64,000 nt of DNA from the human T2T-CHM13v2.0 reference genome, Homo sapiens (GCF_009914755.1 NC_060929.1), one strand, 5' to 3'; positions 1 through 15,194 are shown, counted from the stretch's first letter. Program-made: numbers and translations. The notes: generated from the sequence alone by a model not told the origin.

Positions 1-562
1 GTGCATTGGGTAGTGAAGCTGGCTCCCCAGCTTCACTGGGGATGAAGTGAGTGTTCCTATGAGTCAGTGGGGGAGGATGCTGGAGGAATGAAGTCCTCGT
101 GGGCACCAAGGGAGGATGGTTACCAGAGTTCCCTGGTGCAGGCAGGGGTGACACTCCCATGAATGAAAGTAGAGCCAACTGCAGCTGATGGCCCAGCTCC
201 CAAGCAGTTCCTGAGCACCAATAGCCCTCATGGTGGTCCCTTATCAGATCTGCCCACCCAGTTCTTCCTGGGCAATGCGCTCTCTCTCTTCTTGAACACC
301 TTTTCCTAATGCCCAACCCAGCCCCAGACCCTGTTTCCTCTTTACTGTATCCTCTTGTTTCCTTTTGGTCTTGGAAAAAATTCTTACTTCCTTTAGCTCC
401 TAACCTTCTCTAGGGTACTTCTTGCTTTTCCTCAAACTCTAGTCTTTTGTTCTTTTCTGATAGGCTGATGTTCATCAGACTCAGAACCCATTCCTTTCCT
501 TTCAGACAGAATCTAAGGGAAAATGATACTATATTAATTATATGACTTATAATTGTTATATA

Positions 563-579
563 ACACACACATATGTATG

Positions 580-627
<48 letters not shown>

Positions 628-640
628 GAGAGAGAGAGAG

Positions 641-641
<1 letters not shown>
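563..641. repeat. (CA)n/(GA)n compound microsatellite
   Basis: Directly visible. Confidence 0.95.
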
Positions 642-1150
<509 letters not shown>

Positions 1151-2575
1151 GGTTTGAACATTCCTATCTTTCTACTCTAACTTGTGTGAATGTAACTGCT
1201 CCAGGGAGATCGTCTGAGTGTGGGGGAATTGTGGAAAGGTTCTGAGCACATTTTGTTTACCTAGTAAGGAGAGGGTGTTTATTTTGTCCTGAAATAGATA
1301 TTTCAGGTATCTATTTTGATCCTCTGAAAGAAAATTTGCATTGCTTTTTTTTTAACGTCTAGTTAGTATAACCAAAGAAATTGTTGCAAGACTTCACTTA
1401 CTCTATTTTCTCTAATAATCTGTAGCATGTTTGTCCTTTAAACATAACTCCCATGACATTCTTAGACTTGTGCTTCTATAGAATAAATTGCATTCAATGG
1501 ATGATATAGTTCTAATGCTGGTAATCTTATTTTACAATTGCACTTTTTGTGATTTCTTAATTTGTCTGTCTCTCCCACTAGACTTTAAATGACAAGGACC
1601 TAAACCTATTTTCACTCAACCTTGTACCCCTCCCTCTTAGAGCCTTGCACCAGGCCTAGCACACAGTTGGTGTTCCACAAATATTTGTTGAACAAATAAA
1701 CATTTCTCTATTTTGCCTTCAAACCTTCTTGAAGATTTTATCTACACTTTAGAGATAAGCATGAACAAGAATATTGGTAGAACCATGTTAAAGATGTAAG
1801 TTTCCTGTGCCACAACTCTCTAGGTCTTACCCAGATGACTTAAGGCTTCATCCCACATGACAGTTTCAGTGATTGGTTATAGCCACCTGGGGCAATTGTG
1901 TTGAGAAGGATTATGGAGCCAAGCCTGGGCTCAGAGGGAAAGAGCCAAGTACAGAATGGCTATATCCTTGCTGTGTATGTGCTAATCACACCTCACGTTG
2001 ACATGATCACCCTGCTGAGAGAAGTGGGACCAAGGAATAATCACACATATCCAGTGTTTCACACAACTTTTTTTAGCTCATAAACTCTGTGAGTTCCACA
2101 GTCCTACACCACTTCAGACATCTGTCCATAAGTAACTCGGGTCTTCCTGTGCACTTAGTGGTCTTTCAACTTAATTCAGTAGCATACGCTCAACACTTAC
2201 TATCATGGGAATGTGTTGGTGGTGCTCAATACACAGGGATTCTGTTCAGTAATCATTTTAAAAATAAATTTTATTTCTAGGATAGTTTTAAGTTAAAAGC
2301 AAATTTTACTACTCATTTTGAAAAGTCTGACTCAAATGGTAATCTGCAAATGTAACCAATTGCAATTTGCATCAACCCATGTAGTATATATATATGTGCA
2401 TGCACATACACACACAACCAGTTACCCTCTTCTTTCCACTATCATTACAACTTCTTCTGTATATCACTTCTTGGTTAATATTTGTCAAAGGGGAAGGAGA
2501 AAAGCCCAAAACTTCAAAACACACCAGGAGCATTTTTATGTCATACTGGTTGAAAAATATTCACAAACATTTCTT

Positions 2576-2871
2576 TCTTTTTTTTTTTTTTTTGAGATGG
2601 AGTCTAACCCTGTCACCAGGCTGTAGTGCAGTGGCGGGATCTCAGCTCACCGCAATCTCCGCCTCCCGGATTCAAGTGCTTCTCCTGCCTCAGCCTCCCG
2701 AGTAGCTGGGATTACAGACACGCACCACTACGCCCGGCTAATTTTTGTATTTTTAGTAGAGACGTGGTTTCACAATGTTGGCCAGGATCGTCTGATCTCC
2801 TGACCTCGTGATCTGCCCGCCTTGGCCTCCCAAAGTGCTGGGATAACAGGAGTGAGCCACTGTGCCCGGCC
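2576..2871 (-). mobile_element. Alu (AluS-type)
   Basis: Full-length Alu with poly(T). Confidence 0.92.
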
Positions 2872-2872
2872 C

Positions 2873-3620
<748 letters not shown>

Positions 3621-4261
3621 CTTGACTTCTGGGGAAAATGTTGGAGGACATAAAACTTTCACTCTGAGCCAACTGATATATTTCTTAACTGAAAGGTTTC
3701 CTAGGTCATTCACACAGAGGAAGAACAAAAGATGGTCAAGAAGAACCCTGCATGTTCTCAAATCTTCCACAGCTAATGGAAGTAGCACCAGGAAGCCAGA
3801 GGTTCTTAAACTTACTCTTATTTTATCATAATGTCAGCAATTATTCCTTCAGTTGGAATTCTCTTAAAGTGTTCCTAGAGGACAGTACAGTAAATGCTTC
3901 ACCTAAAAGTTAGGTTAGTAAAAATTACTAAGATGTTTAACAAAGTAGAGATGTTTAACAAAGTAGATAAACTACATTAAAAAAGACTATGTCATTTAGG
4001 CATTACATTAGGCTGAATGAAATAAAAACCCTGCTATGGTGACTTAATCAAGAAGAAGTTCAGAAACAGGTGGTTCACAGTGACATTAACATCCCAGGAT
4101 CCTCCCATCCTTCTGGTTTGCTTTCTTTAGGGTGTGGTGTTCATCTCACAGTCAGGAAGTGGCTTCTCCACCTTGAGCATAATGTCCATCTTTCAGGTAG
4201 GGAGAAGAAGAAGAAAGAGAAGGGCAAAAACAAAAGACTGAATCTATCTTTTTTAAACAGG

Positions 4262-4572
4262 TGATACGGTTTGGCTCTGTGTCCCCACCCAAATCTTATC
4301 TTGTAGTTCCCATAATTCCCACGTGTTGTGGGAGGGACCTGGTGGGAGATTATTGAATCTGATCGTTTTAAAAATGGGAGTTTTCCTGCACGGTTTCTCT
4401 CTTTTGCCTGCTGACCTCCATGTAAGATGTGACTTGCTCCTCCTTGCCTCCTCCCATGATTGTGAGGCTTTCCCAGCCACGTGGAACTGTAAGTCCAATT
4501 AAACCTCTTTCTATTGTAAATTGCCCAGTCTCTGCTATGTCTTTATCAGCAGTGAGAAAACGGACTAATACA
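4262..4572 (+). mobile_element. THE1-type MaLR solo LTR, inserted in an older MLT1-like element
   Basis: TGATACGGTTTGGCTCTGTGTCCCCACCCAAATC...GACTAATACA termini; 5-bp TSD ACAGG (4257-4261, 4573-4577). Confidence 0.9.
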
Positions 4573-6027
4573 ACAGGAAACTACAGCTTTTCCAGAAACC
4601 TTGCCTGTAGTCTACTACTTATACCTCATTGGCCAAAACTTTGACATATGGTCACCTAGCTGCAAACAAGAGTGAGAAATGTAGACTTTAGCTAGGTGTA
4701 TTGCTACCCAAAACGAAATTCAGGTTCTCTTGTCAGAAAGAGGAAAATATGGCTGTTGGGTTGACAACTAGCAGTGCCTACCACAAAAACACTTTTTAAA
4801 ATTGCAGCCAGAAAGGGCTTAACTCCCAGGAACCTTGGAGACTGTGAGAAAATGAAATAATTTAATATTTTGAACATAATTATTTACAGCCCCAGGCTCA
4901 TGTTCAGGTTCAGGCTGAGGGCAAAGATATGACCTTTGCTCCCACCAGCAGGCAATTAGACATAGTTGAGCAAGGGCTAGCTTGAGTGATTTTTAAAGAA
5001 CTAGGCAGGCACCTTCCTGCTTATGCTGTAGGATACCTGAAAGGCACCAGCAAGCAACGAACAACCTCAGAAGAATTTAACAATGATTGCTGATTTTTGT
5101 ATTTGGTATCCAATTTTAACACTAAAAAATTCCTGTTGGAATGGGCCAGTTGCATTCAAAAAAGCACAGTTCAAATAGCCAAAAAAACTTTTTAAAATAA
5201 AAAATCCAAACTGACTTGGCATTTCTTGAGAACTATTAAGAGGGCATCATTTCGCACTGCCCAGTAACCCTTCTTACATCCCTTATTCTCTCCTCTCCCA
5301 TTCACTCACGCATTTTGTTGTATCTTACAAAAATATTAATCCATAATGAACTAGAATTTTTAAAAACATCCTCACCACAAAGAGTTTAAGTACTGCTCTA
5401 GTATGAACCATTGATTTTGCCTTCTAAAGACCTAGAATTGGTCCAGTGGGACAGACTGTCCTTTGAGAGTTCGAATTCTTATTATTAAGGGAGAGTAGAA
5501 GGGAGGAGGACTTGGGAAGATTCGTAACACAGCAATGTTTTAACTCATTATACCATCATAAAAGGAAGGTACAAAATGTAAGAATTTTAGCTGGGGGTGG
5601 AGAATAGTGTCTTACTTAGCTTCCTCGGGCTTCCTTTACCATCACTCCAGTGTTTTAATGTTATATCCCCCCATTTTTTTCTTGGGCCTCCAGGGGAGGA
5701 AACGGGTAATGGTCAATTGACCAAAAGTAACATGGGGCAATAAATCAGAACTATTGAAATGCTATGGTTCCCCCAGATATTCTCCTGTGGCATCAAAAAG
5801 TTGAATCAGGTAAGGAAAAGTTGGCTACCCACCATATCCAATATAAATTATGACAGGTGGATATTAATTAAATATAAATTGATGACACTCTAAAAGAAAT
5901 TGGACATAAATCAGCTTTTATTGAATTGACAATATTCTTCTGTTGTGGAATATTATAATATCTCAGGCATTTGAACTCCAGCCTGATTCAATTCATAGGC
6001 TCCTGGAATGGCTCTAGATCAGATTGA

Positions 6028-6530
6028 GTATCAATTAGCTATTGCTGCATACTAAACACCCCAAACCTCAGTGGCTTTAAACAACCATCCTTCATTATTT
6101 CTCACAAGCCTAGGGGTGATGTGTGGGCTGGCTGATCACCACCACCAGGCTTGCTAATGTGTCTGAGGGTTTCCTGAAGTCTCTGCTCTAGCCTGGACTT
6201 AGCTGGAGCATCTAAGCTAGGAGAGGTCTGCTCCCTGTATTATTCATCTTTCTCCTGAGACCAGCACACATGCCTGGGTATGTTCTTCTTGTGGCAATGG
6301 CAGGAAATCCAGAGGGCAAGCAGAATCACTAAGGCCTTGGGACTTAGGCTTAGATGTGTCACTCTTCTGGCACATCACATCATTCTGCTGACCAAAGCAA
6401 ATCACATGGCCAAACCAGCTCAAAGGTGAAGGGGAGATTCTTCCCTTTTAGTGAGGAAAACCACAAAATCACATGTCAAAGGATGAGGAAGAAGACCGAT
6501 AAAGAACTGGGGCCATTCATGCAATTTCCA
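6028..6530. mobile_element. MLT1-type MaLR LTR
   Basis: ...ttagctattgctgc...ccccaaacctcagtggctttaaacaacc... consensus-like. Confidence 0.65.
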
Positions 6531-6532
6531 AA

Positions 6533-6970
6533 GTGTGATGGTTAATTTTATGTGTCAGCTTGATTGGGCCACAAGATGCTCATTTATCTCCTTCAATATT
6601 ATTTCTGGTGTGTGTGTGAGGTTGTTTCCAGAAGACATTTGAATTGCCAAACTAGGTAAAGCAGATGGCCCTCCCCAATGTGGATGGGAATTCTCCAACC
6701 CACTGACGGCCTGAATAGAAGAAAAAGACAGAGTAGAGTTGAATTCTTGCTCTGCCTGACTGCTTGAGCTGGAACATTGATCTTCTCCTGCCCTTGGCAC
6801 TCCTGGTTCTCAGACCTTCAGACTCGGATTGGAATCTATACCATTGGCTCCCTGGCTCTCATGCCTTCAAATGACACCACGGGCTTTCCTAGGTATCCAG
6901 CTTGCAGACAACAGATTGTGGGACTTCTCAGCCTCTATAATCACTGAGCCAATTCCTTATGATAAATCAT
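6533..6970 (+). mobile_element. MLT2-type ERVL LTR
   Basis: TGTGATGGTTAATTTTATGTGTCAGCTTG start; gcagatggccctccccaatgtggatggg. Confidence 0.8.
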
Positions 6971-6976
6971 ATGACA

Positions 6977-7297
<321 letters not shown>

Positions 7298-7779
7298 TTA
7301 CAGAAATCACTTTTCTAATTTGAATCATTTTTTTAAAACAGAGAGATTTCACATAAAAATCCTGATTGATTTTTTTTTTTCGAAAAATCAGAAGCTTTGC
7401 AACACAGGGTCCACATTCCCATATGTCTCCACAGTTCGCAGGAGCTGAGTAGCAGCTGCCCTGTCCATTCATTTGCTTTATCTCCCTAGCCCTTGGAGCC
7501 ATTTGAGTTTGCTTTACACAGTAGTAGTTCTACAGCCAGATCTGTTTCTCAAGCTTCAGATAGGCTTCTGCAGTGCTCACTATTTACTGAACACCTCAAA
7601 TTCAATATAATTAACAATATCGAAACTAAAGCATCCCTTCCTCCTCATGCAACATACTCTTCTCCAATAGTCCCTATCTTCCTCATCCAAGCTAGAAACC
7701 TATTCATCACTTTGACTTTTCTTTCCCTCTCTAATATACTACAGTATACAATTTTATTCACAATAAAACTACGGTGTGT

Positions 7780-8800
7780 CTAGGAAATAACCTAAGAAAG
7801 AATACCCAAGACCTTTCCCGAAACAAGTGTTAAAATTGTACTAAAGTCCAAGAAAAATAAGGTTAAGCAAAAATGTATGTGAATTGACTATCTAAATAAA
7901 GTTTTATGTTAATTCCCCTAAATAAATCTATACATTCAATGTAATCTTAATAAAAATCCCATTGGATTGTTTGAGGAACTCAACGAACTCATTCTAAAAT
8001 TTATATGGAAAAATAGAGGTTTATGAATAAGCTGATTTTGAAAAAGAAAAACAAAATAGGGCCTTGCCCTACCAGTTAAGGCATACTAAAGAACCTAAGT
8101 GATAAAAACAGAGTGGCTCTGGCATGGGAGCAGACTAATAGACAAGTGGAAAAGAATGGCGAGCTCAGAACTAGGCCCATATATAAAGATGGGAACCTGA
8201 TGGAAGATGATGGTGGTACTACAAAGCAATGCAAAGGGGATGGTCTTGAGAAAACTAGGTCATGTCTGAATACCCCCAGCTGGAATAGAGAACAAATGTG
8301 AAAGTTCAAATTATAAGATCAATAGAAGAAAATATGACTTGGGGTAAGGAAAGTCTTCATGAAACCCTACACTGTAAAGCCAAATAAAATTTTAAAAAGT
8401 AAAATAAAATAAAGACTGATTTCATGACATACAAATTAAGAACTCCTGGCTAACAAAGAACACTGGACAAAGCTAACAAATATATGACAAACTGGGAGAA
8501 GATATCTGTAATATCTAAAACTGATAAAGAAGGAATACCTTGTTTATATAAAGAACTGCAAAATAACAAGAAAGAAATGGGCAAAAAGATATGGATAGGC
8601 AATTCACAGAAAGGAAAGGACATATAGCCATTTCAACATATATACATTTCAACAAATGTATGAGATTCTCTAGTAATCAGAGGAGTATCAATTAAAACAG
8701 CAAGGAAATAGCTCATTATATTCATAATGGCAAAAAGTACAAAAAATGGTTCATATCATTTATTGGAGAGGATGTGGGAAAAAAACATTACAAAACAAAA
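7780..8800 (+). mobile_element. Ancient L1 (L1M-type) ORF2/3' fragment
   Basis: A-rich, decayed motifs such as attctaaaatttatatggaa and ggcaattcacagaa. Confidence 0.7.
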
Positions 8801-9946
8801 TCAAATCGTGAAGGGTGTCAAGTAGAATGCTTTCTTAGGGCAGCGCCTCTGCCCACTATGCTAAGTACCTCTTAGATCTGAAAACTAGGTGTGGCAAAGA
8901 CTGCTATTTACATACTCAACATGAATTTTGCCCTTCTTCCTTACTTGTAGAACCCCTATATTATTAGGAGAATAATGCGTCTAGCTTAGAAAAACACACA
9001 TATACACATAATTCCCAGCCCCACTTGCAGCAAGGGGTGGCTATTGATAGGTAGACAGGAACCATTGAGTGGGGCTTTGGGAAAGTCCTTTCATCCCTTG
9101 CCATCTTGCACCATGGATCGACCTGGAGGCTCTGGAAACATGCTCCGAGAATAGCAGAGCAGAAAGACATACCGAGCCTGGGTCCCTGAAGAACTGTGGA
9201 GTCACTGGCCATGGACTGCCCCTCTCTAGGCTTCTGTAATGTAACAGGATAACACCCTAATTTGTTTAATAAGCCACTATAGACCACCTCTGATACTAGC
9301 ACCTTAATGCAATTCCTGATATTCAAGGCTTTTTCTAAAAAAATGTCATTCTTTTCTAATGGTCAGAGGTAGGATACAGACTGGTATTACAAGGTAAAGA
9401 TAACTTAGCCTTGAACAGATTAAGACAAATAAGAGGAGCACTGCTTCAAGTAGCAGTCAATAAGCTTATTTATTTTTTCTCCAGTTAATTACTAAAAACT
9501 GAAATATCATCTTAAAGATACCTTTCAAATGGTATTTATGGAATTTCTTATCCCCTAAAGAAAATAGGTGGAGAAAGTAGAAAATAGCATCTTTTTAAAA
9601 GGACTTCAATATGTTCATTAATGGAGTCATAATGCATCAAGGGAAGTCAGAAATTTTTTGCAATACATCTTTTTTTTTGCATCACAGGGGACATACCATG
9701 TCTTCTCACTAAACTTCCTTTGATGGCTTAAGGTTACTCTTGACATGACAATAAGGTAGAATCTCTATGTTTCCAGATACAGTGCCTTGTGAAGAACTCT
9801 TCAGGCCTAAGGAGGAATGTGTACAGGCCCTAGAGAGGGCAGGTCTCTGCTGGAAAGCTCACTGTTTATGAATAATCTAGTGGGCAGTGCACAAGACAAA
9901 AATACATACAGAGCCATATTTTAAAATTTAGATTTTATTATTATTT

Positions 9947-10430
9947 ATGTATGGTGAGGCCAACAGATCAGGAGATGGTCTGCTATCAAAAAGACAGTTT
10001 ATTATTCACCCAGCCCAAGAGGAGGATGCACACCAAGCCACACAAGGCAATGTGGAGAAGCACCAAGGTCCAAAGGAGGCAGAAGGAGTGGGAGGAAACA
10101 TGGCAAAAAACATTATGTGATTTTTGCAGGAAGGAATGGACAAATCAGGATAAGCAGGTTTAGTTTGCATAATTTCAGTGGGATCTGAGATGTAGGAGTT
10201 GTTCCTAGTTGTCTGGTACTTTGCCCTGGAGTGATTAGGGCAGGGGAATATTGGCATGGAGTGTAACAGCCTGATAAAGAAGGTAGATGATCAGTGTGTG
10301 GCATGCTGGGTGAGTTGTTTGCTATGTCTAGGAATTAGCTAACCCTTGGAGGGGTTATCTCCCTGGTCAGGGAGACCCCAGATGCCAGAGCATCAAGAAT
10401 ACAAAAAATAAGAAAATATAGTTAATGGAA
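9947..10430. mobile_element. Ancient ERV LTR (ERVL-type, subfamily uncertain)
   Basis: gtgaggccaacagatcaggagat...ctagttgtctggtact...gattagggcagg motifs. Confidence 0.55.
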
Positions 10431-10863
10431 GTGGCCACTGATCTAAGACACCAAACAGGATTCTCTTGTTCAGCTGTGTTCAGCATTTACGGATACTGCT
10501 CTGCGACAGGCACTGTGCTGGGCCCTGAGAGAGGAGCATCTGCATGACACAGCTGCTGACCTCCACAAATCTCAGGCCCAGGACTCTGAGCTCATGATCT
10601 AATTCTAAATGACTTTGGCAAAGGAAGGAAGTGTGTTCCAAAGAAGGCCACATCAGTTTAAATATTGGCAAACCAATGCCAGGGTCATGCAGACAAAAGA
10701 CCAAATAAATGCACCAAACCAGAGCATTTTTCTCCCCTTTTCCACAGAATATTGTCTCTCTCTTATTTTCCCACCAGGGATGCTCCTTTTTGCGACTCAG
10801 ACCTAATGTACTTGCTCTATTTTCCCGGGGGGTCTAAACTCAGGAACCAGAAGAATGACTAAA

Positions 10864-11823
10864 TGAGAAATAAAAGTAAAATTCTGAGCCCCTGAACTGA
10901 CTGAATAGACCCATTGTTCACTACATAGAAAGCCAGTCATTGAGACAAGGAGTATTGCCAGGGAAGAAGGTTCTATTTGGGTGCTGCAGCCAAGGAGAAT
11001 AGGAAATCAGTCTCAAATCCATCTCCTCAACCAACTAAAATTAGAGGTTTATATGGCAAGGGAGAAATGTGACTACATGTGAGAAAACAGGAATTAGTGA
11101 GCGGTAAGGATGAGGACTTGTTCAACAGGCAGCAGGTGGCTGGTTAGGCAATCATGATGGGTGAGGGGTATGGTGCCTCATTGTCCAGATGCAGTGATCT
11201 GGTAAGTTTCAATTCCTTGATACTATCTGGGAGGCCTCATGGTTGGTTTCCCAAGAAAGGAACTCAGATAAGAAAGATGTAACTTTCTGAAGTTTTAAGA
11301 CTGGGAGGGTAAATTTCCAGGTTTATTCAAAAGAAACCATAAACATCAGTTCTATAGGACAGTTGGGCTGATTTCACACCAACCAGCATTCCTTCCTGAT
11401 AAGAGACCACCAACCACAGAGAAGTTCTGGCCAATCTACCAGGGACTCACAGCGAGGGTTTTCATGTCCTCTGCTTTGCCATTTGACATCAGAGGGCTGA
11501 AAACTTCACACTGGGATCATGCTAACACCACCATTTTTTGAATATGGGTCCCATAGAGAGGCAGGAAGCTTAATTGTGCATGTGCATATTTCTCCTTTCA
11601 TAAATATTCATGAATCCTCCTACAGCTCATTGAATATATTTGGCCACCCTGCTCAGCATAAATTTCTGTTCCCTTTGTCCTTCCTTCCAAGTGTCTGTTC
11701 TCAGCTTCTGACCAGAGGCTATGCTTCCAAGCCTGTCAGAAAGGCCACCCTGCAGGCTGTAACCCTTCATGAGAAATAAAGCCCTTTTCTAAATTTATTA
11801 ACCTCCTCATTCTTCAGTTGACA
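10864..11823 (+). mobile_element. ERV1 LTR (MER39-like) interrupted by an opposite-strand LTR (about 10913-11376)
   Basis: TGAGAAATAAAA... start, AATAAA near 11775, ...TTCAGTTGACA end; inner element ends ...GATTTCA. Confidence 0.65.
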
Positions 11824-11929
11824 TAAGTAGAGCATCATAGTCCCCACAAATCATTTCTGGGATACTCTGTTCTTATTTGTAAAACAAGGAGATAGGAAAT
11901 GCATGCTATACTAAAAGTTTGTTCAAAGA

Positions 11930-12790
11930 ACATCCGCACGTGCAAATGTCTGAGACCAGAGGCTGCAAGCCTCCCTGTCGCTCTTAGGGCTTCGGTAGCC
12001 ACATTGCCACAGCTCTCCACGCCCTCAGGTAACGCCCCTCCGCAGGCCGAGACGTCGGCACGTACACTGTCAGGTCTTCCCGCTTTCCGTCGCTTCCTGT
12101 TCCGTCTTGGTCCCGCCTGCCGCTGGCGCCGTTGTTTCCGGCTCAACTGGGGAGCTGCTGGAGCTCTTCTGGCCTCTGGTTTTCCGACTGCTTATCCGAC
12201 GCTCCTCCCTCTGTCTCTGTAGCTGGAGAAGGTAGTTTCCAGGAAAGTTTTCCGGTTTGCAGGCCGCGCACATCGGGCAGGGGCCATCCTCGGTCCCCTT
12301 GCTCGTTGCTCGCAGCCCCGTTCGGCTACAAGTGAGTTTCAGGGCGTCATGGCCAGGGGCCACCGCGGCCAGCCGGGTGTGAGGCTGCCTTTCGCTGCCC
12401 GCGCGCTCCAGTGGTCTCTGGGTCCGCCGGCGTCCGTTTCGGCCTGAACGCAGCCCCTCCGCGGCGACGAGCAGTCTCGCGCCGGAGCTCATGGCCTCGG
12501 AGGCGCCGTCCCCGCCGCGGTCGCCGCCGCCGCCCACCTCCCCCGAGCCTGAGCTGGCCCAGCTAAGGCGGAAGGTGGAGAAGTTGGAACGTGAACTGCG
12601 GAGCTGCAAGCGGCAGGTGCGGGAGATCGAGAAGCTGCTGCATCACACAGAACGGCTGTACCAGAACGCAGAAAGCAACAACCAGGAGCTCCGCACGCAG
12701 GTGCGCGGTCCTCCTCAGCCCCGCGCCCCATCCAGCCCAGGCGAGGCCTTCGAAGCCCGTGATAGCCTCGGAAGGGGTCCCTGGCAGGGG
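11930..12790 (+). promoter_or_regulatory. AGGF1: CpG-island promoter / 5' UTR of AGGF1
   Basis: Abrupt CpG-rich, GC-rich stretch; clustered TTCCG/TTCCGG (ETS-type) motifs at about 12075-12260; CACGTG E-box near 11937; no TATA box. Confidence 0.85.
12491..12700 (+). CDS. AGGF1: AGGF1 coding exon 1 (MASEAPSPP...ELRTQ, N-terminal coiled coil)
   Basis: ATG 12491; donor CAG|GTGCGC at 12700/12701; 210 nt; recognised N-terminus. Confidence 0.97.
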
Positions 12791-13335
12791 CTCAGAACTA
12801 CTGTAGAGTACTTAAAGTAAATAAGTAGAAGCTCAGCGCAGTTACAATTCCAAGTACCTTAGGAGCAAACCTGAGTTCAGGTTACTTGATTTAAATCAAT
12901 GTCTCGCGGCTGGCGTGAATTGAACTTAAGTACTGTGGCTACATTGTCTTCATTCTCACTTGACCTAACATCCCATTGGCAGTAGGCGCATTTACTGTAG
13001 ATCACATTTGAGTTTATTAAAATGCTGGACTTGAGTCAGAATCCCATCTCTGCTATTCACTGGGTGTGTGAACTTATATACCGAGTCTCAGTTCCCCATT
13101 AAATGAGAATGATAGCTCACAGTAGTAAAGGTGAAGTAAAACAAACAATTTTACAAACTTTTGAATGCTATACCTGTTTAAGGTTGCTCTTCTGGGCGTT
13201 TATCATCTTCAGCTTTCTTGTGTAAGTAGGGACGATATATAACTGCTTTTGTTGGAGACGTTAAGCAGCTTATTTCGTTTCCAAGATGGTAGGGGCAAAT
13301 GTTAATACTTAAACTGTCACATTAAAAACAACCTT

Positions 13336-13666
<331 letters not shown>

Positions 13667-14011
13667 CTACCTTGTTGGCAGGCCCTCTCTGCCAACAGAT
13701 TATTTCCACATAGTAACTAGTTTCAATTTGACCGTTGTCTAGTCCTTCATAATTTATTGGTGGTTTCCTAAAACCAGTATATAGGCTGAACACTGAAACG
13801 TCATCAGACTTCTTTGTTTTGTTACCAAATGGACTATGAAAATAACTGTTGAGTTGCAATGACTTTGTATGACCATTACATGGAGTTCCTGACATGACAT
13901 TATTGGAAAGTTTTTGTTTAGTCAATTTAAACACCTACGGTGTGTAATAACTATGCTAGGAAAATACAAATATGGTAAAAAAAAAAAAAAAAAAAAAAAA
14001 CAGGGAGAGGT

Positions 14012-14345
<334 letters not shown>

Positions 14346-14480
14346 TTACATGACAGCCTTTTGAAAAGCTCCTTTATAATTCTAAATTGTTGAAGTACTG
14401 CTTGCGTTAGAGATTCTAAAAGAAAACGTTTTTTGCTAATCTTCAGAGAGCCAGCATTTTGGTGTTACTGTTAATTTGAT

Positions 14481-14779
14481 AAATCAGACTAAATGATGGG
14501 ACTTTGTGAACAGATCCTTTATTTCTTACAGAAAAGAATGTTTTTATGCTAATATTTTGAGAGGTCAGCAATTCTCCCTAAAGAATTAGAAAATTTAAGA
14601 GCTATCAATTCCCATTCATGTTATCTAATATCATTCAATGTTCACGTGGATTTAGTTATTAAATGTTAATGCCTCTTATAAGCTTTAATACACTTTAAAA
14701 AAATAGTAGTTCTGTGACTAAACTGCAGCAGAAGCGAACAGAAGGTAATTGCCTGAGAGGATCATCTGTCCTCCACATG
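14481..14779 (+). repeat. Arm 1 of an approximately 300-nt inverted duplication
   Basis: Aligns end to end with the reverse complement of 15618-15929. Confidence 0.9.
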
Positions 14780-15194
14780 CCTCCATTTTAGTCCAATATT
14801 AAAAATTTAATCTCATAGAAAGTCTTGACTCTACTTTGAATAGTGATAACTCCTTACTCTCCTAGTCAGCCTCCCTTGGTTGGGGAGAGGGTGGATTCGA
14901 TTAACTGTCATTCCAAATTACTGAATGTGTTTTATTTGGAGCAGTTAAAAAGTTTTGCTTGAGAATGATAACTGGAGAACCATAATATGTATAGGGTTTG
15001 TACAAGACCCCAAAATAGCCTTGTGCAAATTACTTTGTCTTGTCTGATATTTTATGTGTAAAATTGGGGTTAGGACAACGAATATTTCAGGTGGTTTTGT
15101 GAATTAATGAGATGTTATCTAAAGCATCAAGTATAGTGCCCAGCATGTAGTAGATACTAAGTAATCTAATTCATAGTGATAGGGACAGTAGCCA

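Noticed and set aside
3931-3966. Short tandem duplications (18 bp here; 17 bp near 15496-15529; about 30 bp near 34020-34079)
   Set aside because: Ordinary slippage duplications with two copies and no spacers; not CRISPR-like
12070-12609. 179-aa antisense ORF over AGGF1 exon 1
   Set aside because: CpG-island artefact with no recognisable domain
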